From contig OZ244239.1 of NCBI GenBank assembly GCA_965217115.1, positions 352,001 to 416,000 of the forward strand: DNA of 64,000 nucleotides, in the 5' to 3' direction. A program made the position numbers and the translations under genes. Numbering within the stretch: the stretch's first letter is position 1; each line of letters opens with the position of its first letter. The notes under the pieces were generated by a model that was not told where the DNA came from, made no database searches, and saw only the letters and a program-made list of their open reading frames with translations. This DNA comes from Bdellovibrionales bacterium (GTDB lineage: Bacteria > Bdellovibrionota > Bdellovibrionia > Bdellovibrionales > CAYMLA01). Positions 52,006 to 60,883 of the stretch are shown piece after piece.

Positions 52006-52461
52006 TTATATTTCATATTGCACAGTGCATCTAGCCTTAGAATAATCGAAATTACTACCATGTCGACTTATCTCAACCTGCAGCAGGTTATTTTCTTTCT
52101 TTTTTATTGTTAAAATTCTTCTAGCATAATAATAAACCCCACCTGCCTGTAACACTGACACGGTAAGTGTATCACCTACGATTGAACAAGATTCAGTCGT
52201 CTCCGTTGCAAGCTCATCTGTAAGCATAGGTACATAGTGTCGATCATCTAATTCAACGCGAGTATGAGGAACGTCGAAACGTACTTTTACTCTACAGCTT
52301 CTATGTTTATGAACGCTTTCAAAAACAGTGTCTTCAGTTTCACTAATACTGAAATTTGTAAATTGAAGGAATTTATTTGCACAATTTTTTGTAGAACTTG
52401 TGGCTAATGCCGACGTACTAAATGCGAAAAAAAACACTAGCCTTGGTAATAAATTTTTCAT
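52006..52461 (-). CDS. Small secreted hypothetical protein, AT-rich
   Basis: GGAG SD; signal peptide MKNLLPRLVFFFAFSTSALA; four Cys. Confidence 0.8.
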   Translation of the reverse strand: MKNLLPRLVFFFAFSTSALATSSTKNCANKFLQFTNFSISETEDTVFESVHKHRSCRVKVRFDVPHTRVELDDRHYVPMLTDELATETTESCSIVGDTLTVSVLQAGGVYYYARRILTIKKKENNLLQVEISRHGSNFDYSKARCTVQYEI

Positions 52462-52836
52462 TTTTCTCTCCAATCTGTATCGCTCATCTGAGCAATGGCT
52501 TTATCACAAGCTCTACCCATGATTTCTTTAATTAAATAGACTTCTACCCCTCCCCCGCAAATAGTCAATAAAATTATTTGACTTGGACTTTTTTACTTAT
52601 GAGTCAATACGCGGGTCTAAATTCAGGCCTTAATTATTTTTTGATACAAACTAGTACAGTCCAAATTACAGTCCAAATTACAGTCCAAATTACAGTCCCA
52701 TTTCATAGGGTCACTTCAGCTAGTTTTGGCAAAAAAAAGAGGACTCCCATCCGTTGTTTTTCGATCCTAAAAGAGAATCGAAAATGAAATTAAAACTCAC
52801 TGGTTTTTGAACGAATTTAACACAAGAGCCAGCTAT

Positions 52837-52868
52837 TTCTTGACATTTCATGAATTATCAAGAATACT
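52837..52868 (+). promoter_or_regulatory. TA promoter with palindromic operator
   Basis: TTGACA at 52840; palindrome TTCTTGA-N3-TTCATGAA-N3-TCAAGAA (52837-52864). Confidence 0.7.
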
Positions 52869-52874
52869 GTAAAA

Positions 52875-53087
52875 ATGAAAGCTAAAAAATTCGCAACCCA
52901 AATTGATACAGAGGTCTTTGAGAACTTAAAAACCTTCGTTAAGAAAACGGATCGAAGTATCTCAAAAGTAGTTAATGAAGCAATTAAAGACTATATAAAA
53001 CGTTCCCAGGTCAGACCGGCTTTTTCATCATCTATGGATGAGATTATCAATGACCACAGTGAACTTCTTAAACGTCTTGCTAAATGA
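52875..53087 (+). CDS. Ribbon-helix-helix antitoxin
   Basis: KKFATQID....L......RSISKVVNEAIKDY; C-terminal ELLKRLAK; overlaps the toxin start. Confidence 0.85.
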   Translation: MKAKKFATQIDTEVFENLKTFVKKTDRSISKVVNEAIKDYIKRSQVRPAFSSSMDEIINDHSELLKRLAK

Positions 53088-53464
53088 AAATCACGCTTTA
53101 TCCAACATTGAATGAAGTTTTATCTCTTCACAAAAAGCTCATAGAACTTTTTGGAGGGCCATCTGGAGTTAGGGACCTAGGGCTCCTTGAAAGTGCGTTG
53201 ATGAGGCCTCAAACAGGTCACTATGGGTCTCTTTCCCTTGAAGCAGCGGCCTTAATCCAAAGTCTTTGTCAAAATCACTGTTTTATTGATGGAAATAAGA
53301 GGGTCGCTTTTGCAACGACAGCTATTTTTTTAAGGATGAATGGTTACCGTTTAAAGAGCGCTCCAGCTAGCGGCGAAAGATTCATTATCGATGAAGTTAT
53401 AGAAAACAATGTTTCTATTGAAGTCATTGCAGATTGGCTTGAAAAACATATGATCGAAGTTTGA
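53084..53464 (+). CDS. doc: Death-on-curing (Doc/Fic) toxin
   Basis: GVRD.GLLESAL.RP and HCFIDGNKR motifs. Confidence 0.93.
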   Translation: MKITLYPTLNEVLSLHKKLIELFGGPSGVRDLGLLESALMRPQTGHYGSLSLEAAALIQSLCQNHCFIDGNKRVAFATTAIFLRMNGYRLKSAPASGERFIIDEVIENNVSIEVIADWLEKHMIEV

Positions 53465-53701
53465 TCCCATATTGTTGGGATTATTTTTTTGAGTCATTTA
53501 AAACTTCATTCTCTGCTTTTTTGAAATATCCGAAAACTGATTCCACGTCGCCAAATAAAGCAGCTTCTACACTTTGACCACGTAACCCACGCCCAATTAT
53601 ACACTTTTCATCAAGGGTTTCAATTTTATTGGGAACATTAGCTATTGACTGTTTAATTTATATCGCTCTTGGCGACTCACCATACTAAGTCAGGCAGGCA
53701 A

Positions 53702-54808
53702 TCAGACAAATTTATTGAATATTCCGCCCGTTTTAGAGGATTTTGATGGGGGTGGTTCAGTGGTGTTTTTTTCTGCCAACTTCTTTAGGAGTTCTTCCTC
53801 TTCCTTTGAAATCCGATGGGGGATTTTCACCTCGATTTGACAAAACAAGTTCCCCTGACTTTTTCCTTGGAGCGTCGGCAATCCCGCCTTTAGAATTTTC
53901 AAGGTCTGTCCCGGCTGAGTTCCACGGGGAATTTTTAAAGTTTCAACTCCCTGCACATTTTCCACTTCAACGCTGCCCCCTAAAATCGCCTGTAGATAGG
54001 AGATGGAAACGGTTGTTAACAAATGCTCTCCCTCCCGTTCAAATCTCCTGTCCTCTTGGACAATGATTTCCACATAGAGATCTCCATCGGGACCGCCGTG
54101 CAATCCGCCCTCTCCTTCACCATTGACGCGCAACCTTGTTCCCGTGCTAACGCCCTTGGGGATATTGACTTTGATTTTCTTCGGGAGTTTCTCCCGCCCC
54201 TGTCCATGGCAGCTACGGCAGGGCTGTTTGATCTTCTTGCCCTTCCCGTGGCAGCTTGAACAAGTGCTGGCCATGGAGAAAAAACCCTGGGCTCTAACGA
54301 CCTGACCCGATCCTCCGCAGGTGGAGCAGGTCTCTGGTTTTGTGCCTCTCTTAGCTCCACTGCCATCACATTTTTGACATTCCCCATCGGTTTCAAATTC
54401 AATATTCTGTTCGACGCCCTCTAAAACTTCGCTGAGACTTATCTCTGTGCGGTAGCGCAGGTCTGCCCCTTTGCGGGGACCCGTAGAGCGGTGACTGGAG
54501 GAACCCCCTCCAAAAAAATCACCAAAAATATCTCCAAAGCTGGAAAAAATATCTTCGTGACTGCTAAATCCCTGGCTCTGCCCACTCACACCTGCATGGC
54601 CGTATTGATTGTACCTCTGCCTCTTCTGATCATCGCTTAAAATCTCATAGGCCTCCGCGGCTTCACGGAATTTTTCTTCCGCCCCTTGATCGTCAGGATT
54701 TTTATCCGGATGATGCTCCATCGCCAACTTGCGATAGGCTTTTTTAATGGCGCCCTTCTCCGCATCTTGGGAGACCCCTAAAACTTCGTAATAATCACGC
54801 TTGGACAT
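53702..54808 (-). CDS. dnaJ: Chaperone DnaJ
   Basis: HPD motif; four CxxCxGxG repeats. Confidence 0.99.
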   Translation of the reverse strand: MSKRDYYEVLGVSQDAEKGAIKKAYRKLAMEHHPDKNPDDQGAEEKFREAAEAYEILSDDQKRQRYNQYGHAGVSGQSQGFSSHEDIFSSFGDIFGDFFGGGSSSHRSTGPRKGADLRYRTEISLSEVLEGVEQNIEFETDGECQKCDGSGAKRGTKPETCSTCGGSGQVVRAQGFFSMASTCSSCHGKGKKIKQPCRSCHGQGREKLPKKIKVNIPKGVSTGTRLRVNGEGEGGLHGGPDGDLYVEIIVQEDRRFEREGEHLLTTVSISYLQAILGGSVEVENVQGVETLKIPRGTQPGQTLKILKAGLPTLQGKSQGNLFCQIEVKIPHRISKEEEELLKKLAEKNTTEPPPSKSSKTGGIFNKFV

Positions 54809-54859
54809 TTAAATTCACCTTGTTTTTCCCATTTTAATAAACTCGTTGGAATCTAAAGG

Positions 54860-55495
54860 TCAAGGATGTTTAATTCTCTGGCGAACTTTCTTAACGATTT
54901 CAGGATCGTACCCCTCTTTTTCCAGATTTTCCGCCATCGCCTCTCCCAGTTCGGCCTTTCCCGCCTTGGTGTAGAGCCTTGAAGCCAGGGAGAACACCCA
55001 CTTTGGGGCCCCGTGAAGCCCTGCATTCTTTAACAACTGGGCCGCCTTTAATTCATTGGGGCGTTCATAAATATAGTAGTAGGCCGCCTTGTAGGATAAA
55101 TGCCAGTCGTGGGGGAAGTTCGCAATGGCTTTTTCATAGAGCCGCCCCGATCCCTCTTGGTCATCGAGGATGATGGAGAGATACACTGTCCCCAAACTGT
55201 AGATACTCCGGTAATTGGGCAGGAGGTCCGTCGCCTTATCCATCATATGAAAGGCCCACTGGTTGAGACACCCCGCTGTTTTTTTATGGCTTTTCTTTTC
55301 GCAGTAATCCAGATCTTGAATCGTTCTGATCCACATGGTGTGGGCGGCCACTTCTCTATACCCAAAGACGGCGTGTTCTAAAAAATCCGGGGGTTTTACA
55401 AACAGAGGTTCCAGGTTTCTCCGTTGGGTGCTGGCCTCGTGACTTTGAAAAATCGCAAAGCCACCCATTAAGAAAAAAACAAGCCCCTTGATCAT
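54860..55495 (-). CDS. PilG-like (Myxococcus-type) pilin-associated protein
   Basis: GY..V.A...WIR.IQ motif and TPR-like helices; TGATG overlap with the upstream pilin. Confidence 0.6.
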   Translation of the reverse strand: MIKGLVFFLMGGFAIFQSHEASTQRRNLEPLFVKPPDFLEHAVFGYREVAAHTMWIRTIQDLDYCEKKSHKKTAGCLNQWAFHMMDKATDLLPNYRSIYSLGTVYLSIILDDQEGSGRLYEKAIANFPHDWHLSYKAAYYYIYERPNELKAAQLLKNAGLHGAPKWVFSLASRLYTKAGKAELGEAMAENLEKEGYDPEIVKKVRQRIKHP

Positions 55496-56079
55496 CACCA
55501 CTTCTTACCCCAGATGGATGGGTTGGTGTCATTTGCCAAAACATTGCGCTCGTTGATACTCCAGACATCGTCCATCCCCTCACTATCCACGTTCCCCGCC
55601 GCCTTGGCAACAAAGGTTCCCGAACTCCACGTGGCATCGTTGAGCGCCCCCGCAAAAAAGAAATCCTCAGTGCAGCTGATAAATCGAGTGCCACAACCTG
55701 ATGTGCTGATGTGGGTCTCTGTGACCTCCCTCAATTCTGTGGAACTCACGGCCACGGGAACCGCAGGAGCCCCCACCGAGCCTGAAAAACCCAGGCGATA
55801 ACGGAGCTTCCCAAGTGGTTCATAGCCAATCGCTTTAAAATTTCCGTGGTAAACCCCGTGCTCTTGAACAAAAGACTTCATCCCCACGTAGACACCCCCC
55901 AAACCAGCCTTGGCTTCAGTCTGCCTCGCTTTGACGATGTAGCGGGTGTATGTGGGCAGGGCCACGGCCGACAACACACCGATGATCGCCACCACGGCCA
56001 TCAATTCAAGGAGGGAGAACCCCGCTTCTGATGGGGTTCCTGTTGTCCCTTTCCATTTTTCCATGATTTCAGCGGTCAT
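55495..56079 (-). CDS. Type IV pilin paralogue 3
   Basis: G|FSLLELMAVVAIIGVL, KARQTEAK; GAGGAG before ATG 56079. Confidence 0.9.
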   Translation of the reverse strand: MTAEIMEKWKGTTGTPSEAGFSLLELMAVVAIIGVLSAVALPTYTRYIVKARQTEAKAGLGGVYVGMKSFVQEHGVYHGNFKAIGYEPLGKLRYRLGFSGSVGAPAVPVAVSSTELREVTETHISTSGCGTRFISCTEDFFFAGALNDATWSSGTFVAKAAGNVDSEGMDDVWSINERNVLANDTNPSIWGKKW

Positions 56080-56165
56080 CTCCTCACCCTTCTTCCATTC
56101 ATTGCAAAACGGCAGTGATGATGGCTCTAATGACAAACAATATCTCTCCATTGGAGGCCCGCCCC

Positions 56166-56229
56166 GTGACTTTGAAAAATCGCAAAGCCACCCATTAAGA
56201 AAAAAAACAAGCCCCTTGATCATCACCAC
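56166..56229 (-). pseudogene. Duplicated, frameshifted 5' fragment of the pilG-like gene
   Basis: Matches about 55439-55501 except for A8 versus A7 in the homopolymer. Confidence 0.85.
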
Positions 56230-56276
56230 TTCCTACCCCAGGTTACACCAGATTTTACACCAGATTTCATACCAGA

Positions 56277-56873
56277 TTATAGATTACTGGAGTCATTTGC
56301 CAGAACATTGCGCTCGTTGATGCTCCAGACATCCTCCACCCCCTCACTATCCACGTTCCCCGCCGCCTTGGTAACAAAGGTCTCTGAACTCCACGTGGCA
56401 TCGCTGATCACCCCCGCAAAAAAGGCCTCCTCAGTGCAGCTGGTGAACCGAGTGCCACAACCTGATGTGCTGATGTAGGTCGCTGTGATCTCCCTCAATT
56501 CTGTGGAACTCAGGGCCACGGGAATCACGGGAGCCCCCACCGAGCCTGAAAAACCCAGGCGGTAACGGAGCTGCCCATCTGGTTCATAGCCAATCGCTTT
56601 AAAGTTTCCGTGGTAAACCCCGTGCTCTTTAATAAAAGCCTTCATCGCCACGTAGACACTCCCCAAACCAGCCTTGGCTTCAGTCTGCCTCGCTTTGGCG
56701 ATGTAGCGGGTGTATGTGGGCAGGGCCACGGCCGTCAACACACCGATGATCGCCACCACGATCATCAACTCAACCAGAGAGAATCCCGCTTCTGATGGCG
56801 GCTCTGATGACGGCTTTGATGGCAGCATTGCCCCTTTCCATTTTTCCATGATTTCAACGATCATCTTCTCCAC
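56277..56873 (-). CDS. Type IV pilin paralogue 2
   Basis: G|FSLVELMIVVAIIGVL; near-duplicate of paralogue 3; start uncertain. Confidence 0.9.
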   Translation of the reverse strand: MEKMIVEIMEKWKGAMLPSKPSSEPPSEAGFSLVELMIVVAIIGVLTAVALPTYTRYIAKARQTEAKAGLGSVYVAMKAFIKEHGVYHGNFKAIGYEPDGQLRYRLGFSGSVGAPVIPVALSSTELREITATYISTSGCGTRFTSCTEEAFFAGVISDATWSSETFVTKAAGNVDSEGVEDVWSINERNVLANDSSNL

Positions 56874-56997
56874 CTTCTCCCTTCATTGCAAAACGACGGT
56901 GATGATTCCAATGATAAACGGTGATCCCGGGGAAGTTCAAACCTATAAGCCCAACGGCCCATGGGATCAGGCCTTTCGTCCCTTTTGACTCACCCAC

Positions 56998-57037
56998 AAA
57001 AAAAATCCCCTTGGCCGTCTTAAAACATCCAAGGGGA
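56998..57037 (-). terminator. Rho-independent terminator after pilA
   Basis: TCCCCTTGG/CCAAGGGGA stem with A8 tract. Confidence 0.8.
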
Positions 57038-57081
57038 AAACATCACATTCAAAATTTAAGGGTTATACTAGCAAATCAACC

Positions 57082-57657
57082 CTATAAATCTGACGAAGGA
57101 CTGGACAAGACTTTAACATGGGACATTGTCCAGGTGTCAGTAGCATCATCACTATCAATATTACCCGTCGCTTCTACAAGGAATTCGTCACCGGCAGCGG
57201 AATTAGTCCATCCACTACTAACCCCGGTAACCGAGCCAAAATTACTATCAACATTTGTGTCTACAGTATCGGTGCAGTTGGTGTAACTAGTACCACAACC
57301 TACCGAACTTATACTTTCAGCAGTGTCACCATCTTTATGAGTGTCAGGTATTGGTAAAGTAGAGTCAGCACCAGCCGCAAAACCAATTCTATATTTCAAT
57401 TGTCCTTCAGGCTCAAAACCAATGGCTTTAAAGTTTCCATGGTAATTTTGATACTCAGCATGGAACGCCTTCATGCCTGTGTAAACAGCACCCAGATTCG
57501 CTTTTGCTTCCGACTGTTTTGCTTTGGCCACAAACTTTGTGTACTGAGGGACAGCCACGGCTGCCAAGACACCGATAATAGCCACCACGACCATCAACTC
57601 CACCAGTGAGAAACCAGACTCATTTGTTAATTTTTGTTTTCCTTGATTTAATTTCAT
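57082..57657 (-). CDS. pilA: Major type IV pilin
   Basis: G|FSLVELMVVVAIIGVLAAVAVP; AAGGAG SD; own terminator. Confidence 0.9.
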   Translation of the reverse strand: MKLNQGKQKLTNESGFSLVELMVVVAIIGVLAAVAVPQYTKFVAKAKQSEAKANLGAVYTGMKAFHAEYQNYHGNFKAIGFEPEGQLKYRIGFAAGADSTLPIPDTHKDGDTAESISSVGCGTSYTNCTDTVDTNVDSNFGSVTGVSSGWTNSAAGDEFLVEATGNIDSDDATDTWTMSHVKVLSSPSSDL

Positions 57658-57803
57658 AATAACTCTCCTTGAACATCTCTGTTCTTTAAAATTAATCTTA
57701 AACTGCATTTTTAACTTATAAAGACAGTCTAAAAAATAAAACTCCCCTATAAATCTAACATAATTTATTGCAAATAACCAAAAAATCTTTATAATAGTCC
57801 TCT

Positions 57804-58193
57804 ATGGATCACATTGAAACAATACCTTGGTCCTGCCCCGTTTATTTAACTCAGTTTGAGACAGAGCCAGAGACTCAAAATCCCATTGCAGAAGATCAGA
57901 GAGATCAGTCGAAGAATTATCGCCCCAGGAAATACCAAGTCTTTCTTCTCAATGATGATTACACACCCATGGATTTTGTCGTTATCATCCTCCAACAGGT
58001 CTTTTCTAAAACCCTCGAAGAAGCCCAGGTTATTATGCTCTCTGTTCACCACCGAAAAAAGGGGTTGGCGGGCATCTACAGCAGAGAGGTGGCCGAGACA
58101 AAAATAAACAAGGTCCATCAAGCGGCCCGGGAAAACCTGTTTCCCCTCACCTGCTCCATGGAAGTCAACGACGACACGGGGGGAACCCAATGA
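57804..58193 (+). CDS. clpS: N-end rule adaptor ClpS
   Basis: LNDDYTPMDFV, ML.VH, AETK, FPL; TTGCAA-N16-TATAAT upstream. Confidence 0.96.
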   Translation: MDHIETIPWSCPVYLTQFETEPETQNPIAEDQRDQSKNYRPRKYQVFLLNDDYTPMDFVVIILQQVFSKTLEEAQVIMLSVHHRKKGLAGIYSREVAETKINKVHQAARENLFPLTCSMEVNDDTGGTQ

Positions 58194-60532
58194 ACCTCTC
58201 CCCTGAACTCGAAGGCCAGTTTCAAGACATTCACACACAGGCCCTCCAAACGGGTTGTGAACACATTGGCATTGACCATCTCTTTTTGTGCATTCTCAAA
58301 ACCCCCGAAGGACAGAAAACACTCAGCGCCCTCGGCACTCACACCGCCGACCTAGAAAAAAAAATCACAGCCTATCTCCAGGAAAATTCCCCTTCTAGTG
58401 ACACCCCCGGTGAATCCCTTGACGAAGAACTCTTCCCTGAGTGGACTCTGGCCAGCCAGAGAGTTCTGGAACAGGCGGGCCTCCAAGCCCTGAGCTCGGG
58501 AAGAAAAGAAATCTCCCCAGGCCATCTCCTCGTCGCCCTCTTTGAAGAAGACGAGTCCCAGGGTCTCTATCTTCTGAGTCAGCAGGGAATTAGCCAGTTT
58601 GATGTTATCTCCTACATCTCCCACGGAGAGCCATCGGAGGTCACACCCAGCACCCCATCAAAGACGAACCCCCTGGAAGCCTACACCACTGACCTCAACG
58701 GGAAAGCCCAACAGGGCCTTGTCACCCCCCTCATCGGACGGGGCCGAGAGTTCAAACGTCTCGAACAAATTCTAGCTCGACGGACTAAGAACCACCCCCT
58801 TTTGATCGGAGAACCGGGAGTTGGTAAGACGGCGCTTATCGAGGGCTTGGCTCTAAAGATCGTGGAAAAACAAACCTCCCCCCATCTCCGGGGAACGGTG
58901 ATCTACTCCCTTGATATGGGCGCACTCTTGGCTGGTTCTAAGTATCGTGGGGATTTTGAACAGAGGTTTAAATCTTTAATCCAAGGGTTGGAGGAACAAC
59001 ACCCGGCCATTCTCTTTGTCGATGAGATCCACACCATCTCAGGGGCAGGGGCCACGGGTTCTGGCACCAGCGATGCCAGTCAGTTGATAAAACCGCTGCT
59101 CACAAATGGCAGAGTTCGGGTCATCGGTGCAACAACACATAAAGAGTACCGCAGTCACATTGAAAAAGATCAGGCCCTGGCCAGAAGATTTCAAACCTTG
59201 GACATCGCCGAACCGTCGGAGCAAGAGACGTTGGAAATCCTCATAGGAGTGCAAGATAAGTTTGCAGATCATCATCAGGTCAAATACTCCCTGAACTCCC
59301 TGAAAAAAGCCGTGGAACTCTCCAAGAAATACATCAACGACAAACGTCTTCCCGATAAAGCCATCGATGTGATCGACGAGGCCGGCGCCCATGCCAAATT
59401 AGCCCAACCCCAGGAAGTGAAGACGTCTGTTAAAACGTCTACTAAAACGTCTATTAAGACCTCTGTTAAGACACCTATGAAGACCACCATCAAAACCTCC
59501 CACATCTCCAAGGTCGTCTCCGAAATGGTGCGCATTCCCCTTGAGTCCATCTCATCGGATGATCGTCAACTCTTGAGCCGCCTTGAAGGCCAACTCAAGT
59601 CTGTGATCTTCGGACAAGACAAAGCCGTCGATCATGTGTGCGCCGCCATTAAAATGTCACGCAGTGGACTCTCCCGCGAAGAAAAACCCGTGGGGAGTTA
59701 TCTCTTTGCAGGGCCGACAGGAGTTGGTAAAACCGAAGTCTGTAAACAGCTCGCCCACTTCCTAGGAACCACGTTTCTGCGTTTTGATATGAGTGAGTAC
59801 ATGGAGAAACACTCTGTCTCCAAACTCGTCGGCGCCCCTCCGGGGTATGTCGGTTTTGACGACGGCGGCCAACTCACCGAAGCCATCAATAAAAACCCCT
59901 ATTGCGTTCTTCTATTGGATGAAATCGAAAAGGCCCACCCCGATCTTATCTCCATTCTCTTACAAGTTATGGACAGTGGTCGATTGACAGACTCCAATGG
60001 CCGCACCACCGATTTTCGCAACTCCATCTTAATCATGACCACCAATGCAGGGGCCATGGATCGTTCACAAAACATCGGCATCATCCCTGAATCCAATAAA
60101 GGCATCTCTTTGGCCGCCATCAAGAAGACCTTCACCCCCGAATTTCGCAATCGCCTGGATGCTGTCATCACCTTTGATGAACTCAGTGAAGATATTATCC
60201 TCGATGTGATTGAAAAGTTCTTGCAAGAACTCTCCCTCCAACTCAAAAAGAAAAAAGTCCAACTCTCCTACACCGACGAAGTCAAAAAATACCTCCTAAA
60301 AAAAGGCTACGACCCCGCCTACGGAGCAAGACCCCTGGAGAGAACCATCAATGACACCGTAAAACAACCCCTCGTAGACGAACTCCTCTTCGGAAAACTC
60401 ACCCAAGGCGGCAAAGTCCACCTCAATGTCACAGACAAACCCACAGACACACCCACAGACACACCCACAGACACCCCCACAGACACCCCCACAGACACAC
60501 CCACTAAAGAACTCACCTTCCTTTTCTCATAA
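58190..60532 (+). CDS. clpA: ATP-dependent Clp protease ATPase ClpA
   Basis: Two AAA+ modules (GEPGVGKT, GPTGVGKT), no M-domain, IGI loop, coupled to clpS. Confidence 0.96.
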   Translation: MNLSPELEGQFQDIHTQALQTGCEHIGIDHLFLCILKTPEGQKTLSALGTHTADLEKKITAYLQENSPSSDTPGESLDEELFPEWTLASQRVLEQAGLQALSSGRKEISPGHLLVALFEEDESQGLYLLSQQGISQFDVISYISHGEPSEVTPSTPSKTNPLEAYTTDLNGKAQQGLVTPLIGRGREFKRLEQILARRTKNHPLLIGEPGVGKTALIEGLALKIVEKQTSPHLRGTVIYSLDMGALLAGSKYRGDFEQRFKSLIQGLEEQHPAILFVDEIHTISGAGATGSGTSDASQLIKPLLTNGRVRVIGATTHKEYRSHIEKDQALARRFQTLDIAEPSEQETLEILIGVQDKFADHHQVKYSLNSLKKAVELSKKYINDKRLPDKAIDVIDEAGAHAKLAQPQEVKTSVKTSTKTSIKTSVKTPMKTTIKTSHISKVVSEMVRIPLESISSDDRQLLSRLEGQLKSVIFGQDKAVDHVCAAIKMSRSGLSREEKPVGSYLFAGPTGVGKTEVCKQLAHFLGTTFLRFDMSEYMEKHSVSKLVGAPPGYVGFDDGGQLTEAINKNPYCVLLLDEIEKAHPDLISILLQVMDSGRLTDSNGRTTDFRNSILIMTTNAGAMDRSQNIGIIPESNKGISLAAIKKTFTPEFRNRLDAVITFDELSEDIILDVIEKFLQELSLQLKKKKVQLSYTDEVKKYLLKKGYDPAYGARPLERTINDTVKQPLVDELLFGKLTQGGKVHLNVTDKPTDTPTDTPTDTPTDTPTDTPTKELTFLFS

Positions 60533-60548
60533 CCCCTTTTCCCAATAA

Positions 60549-60708
60549 GCCCTTTCTTTTTTTTTCTTTTCTTTTTTTTCCTTTTTTTTTCTTTCTTTCT
60601 TTTTCTTTTTTTCCTTTCTTTCTTTTTTTTCCTTTCCTTACTTACTTACTTTTTCCTTTTTCCCTTTTCCCTTTTCCCTTTTTTTTCCTTTCCCCTTTTT
60701 TTTCTCCT
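60549..60708. repeat. Polypyrimidine low-complexity tract
   Basis: About 160 nt almost entirely C/T, including (CTTA)3 and (TTTTCCC)n. Confidence 0.9.
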
Positions 60709-60721
60709 CACACCCCCAAAA

Positions 60722-60856
60722 AACCCGTCGCCTGGGGGGAGGGGCTCTTTACTTTCACGCGCAGTTCTTTCGGTGCGATGCTCGCAAAGCGAGCGCCGCA
60801 GCCGCAAGCATGTCTGAGCATGAAAGCAAAGAGCCCCTCCCCCCAGCCGACAGGTT
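60722..60856. repeat. Dispersed copy of the structured element with G/C-rich arms
   Basis: GGTGCGATGCTCGCAAAGCGAGCGCCGC...CATGTCTGAGC enclosed by CTGGGGGGAGGGGCTCTTT / AAAGAGCCCCTCCCCCCAG. Confidence 0.88.
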
Positions 60857-60883
60857 CACCAACGTGAGCATAAAAGCCCCCCA

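Noticed and set aside
51512..53701. Loss of grpE between dnaJ and dnaK
   Set aside because: No remnant is visible and grpE may lie elsewhere; this cannot be judged from the window.
56080..56229. 50-aa N-terminal extension of pilin 3 in the ORF track
   Set aside because: Read-through from the duplicated, frameshifted pilG-like stub; the start at 56079 matches pilin 2.
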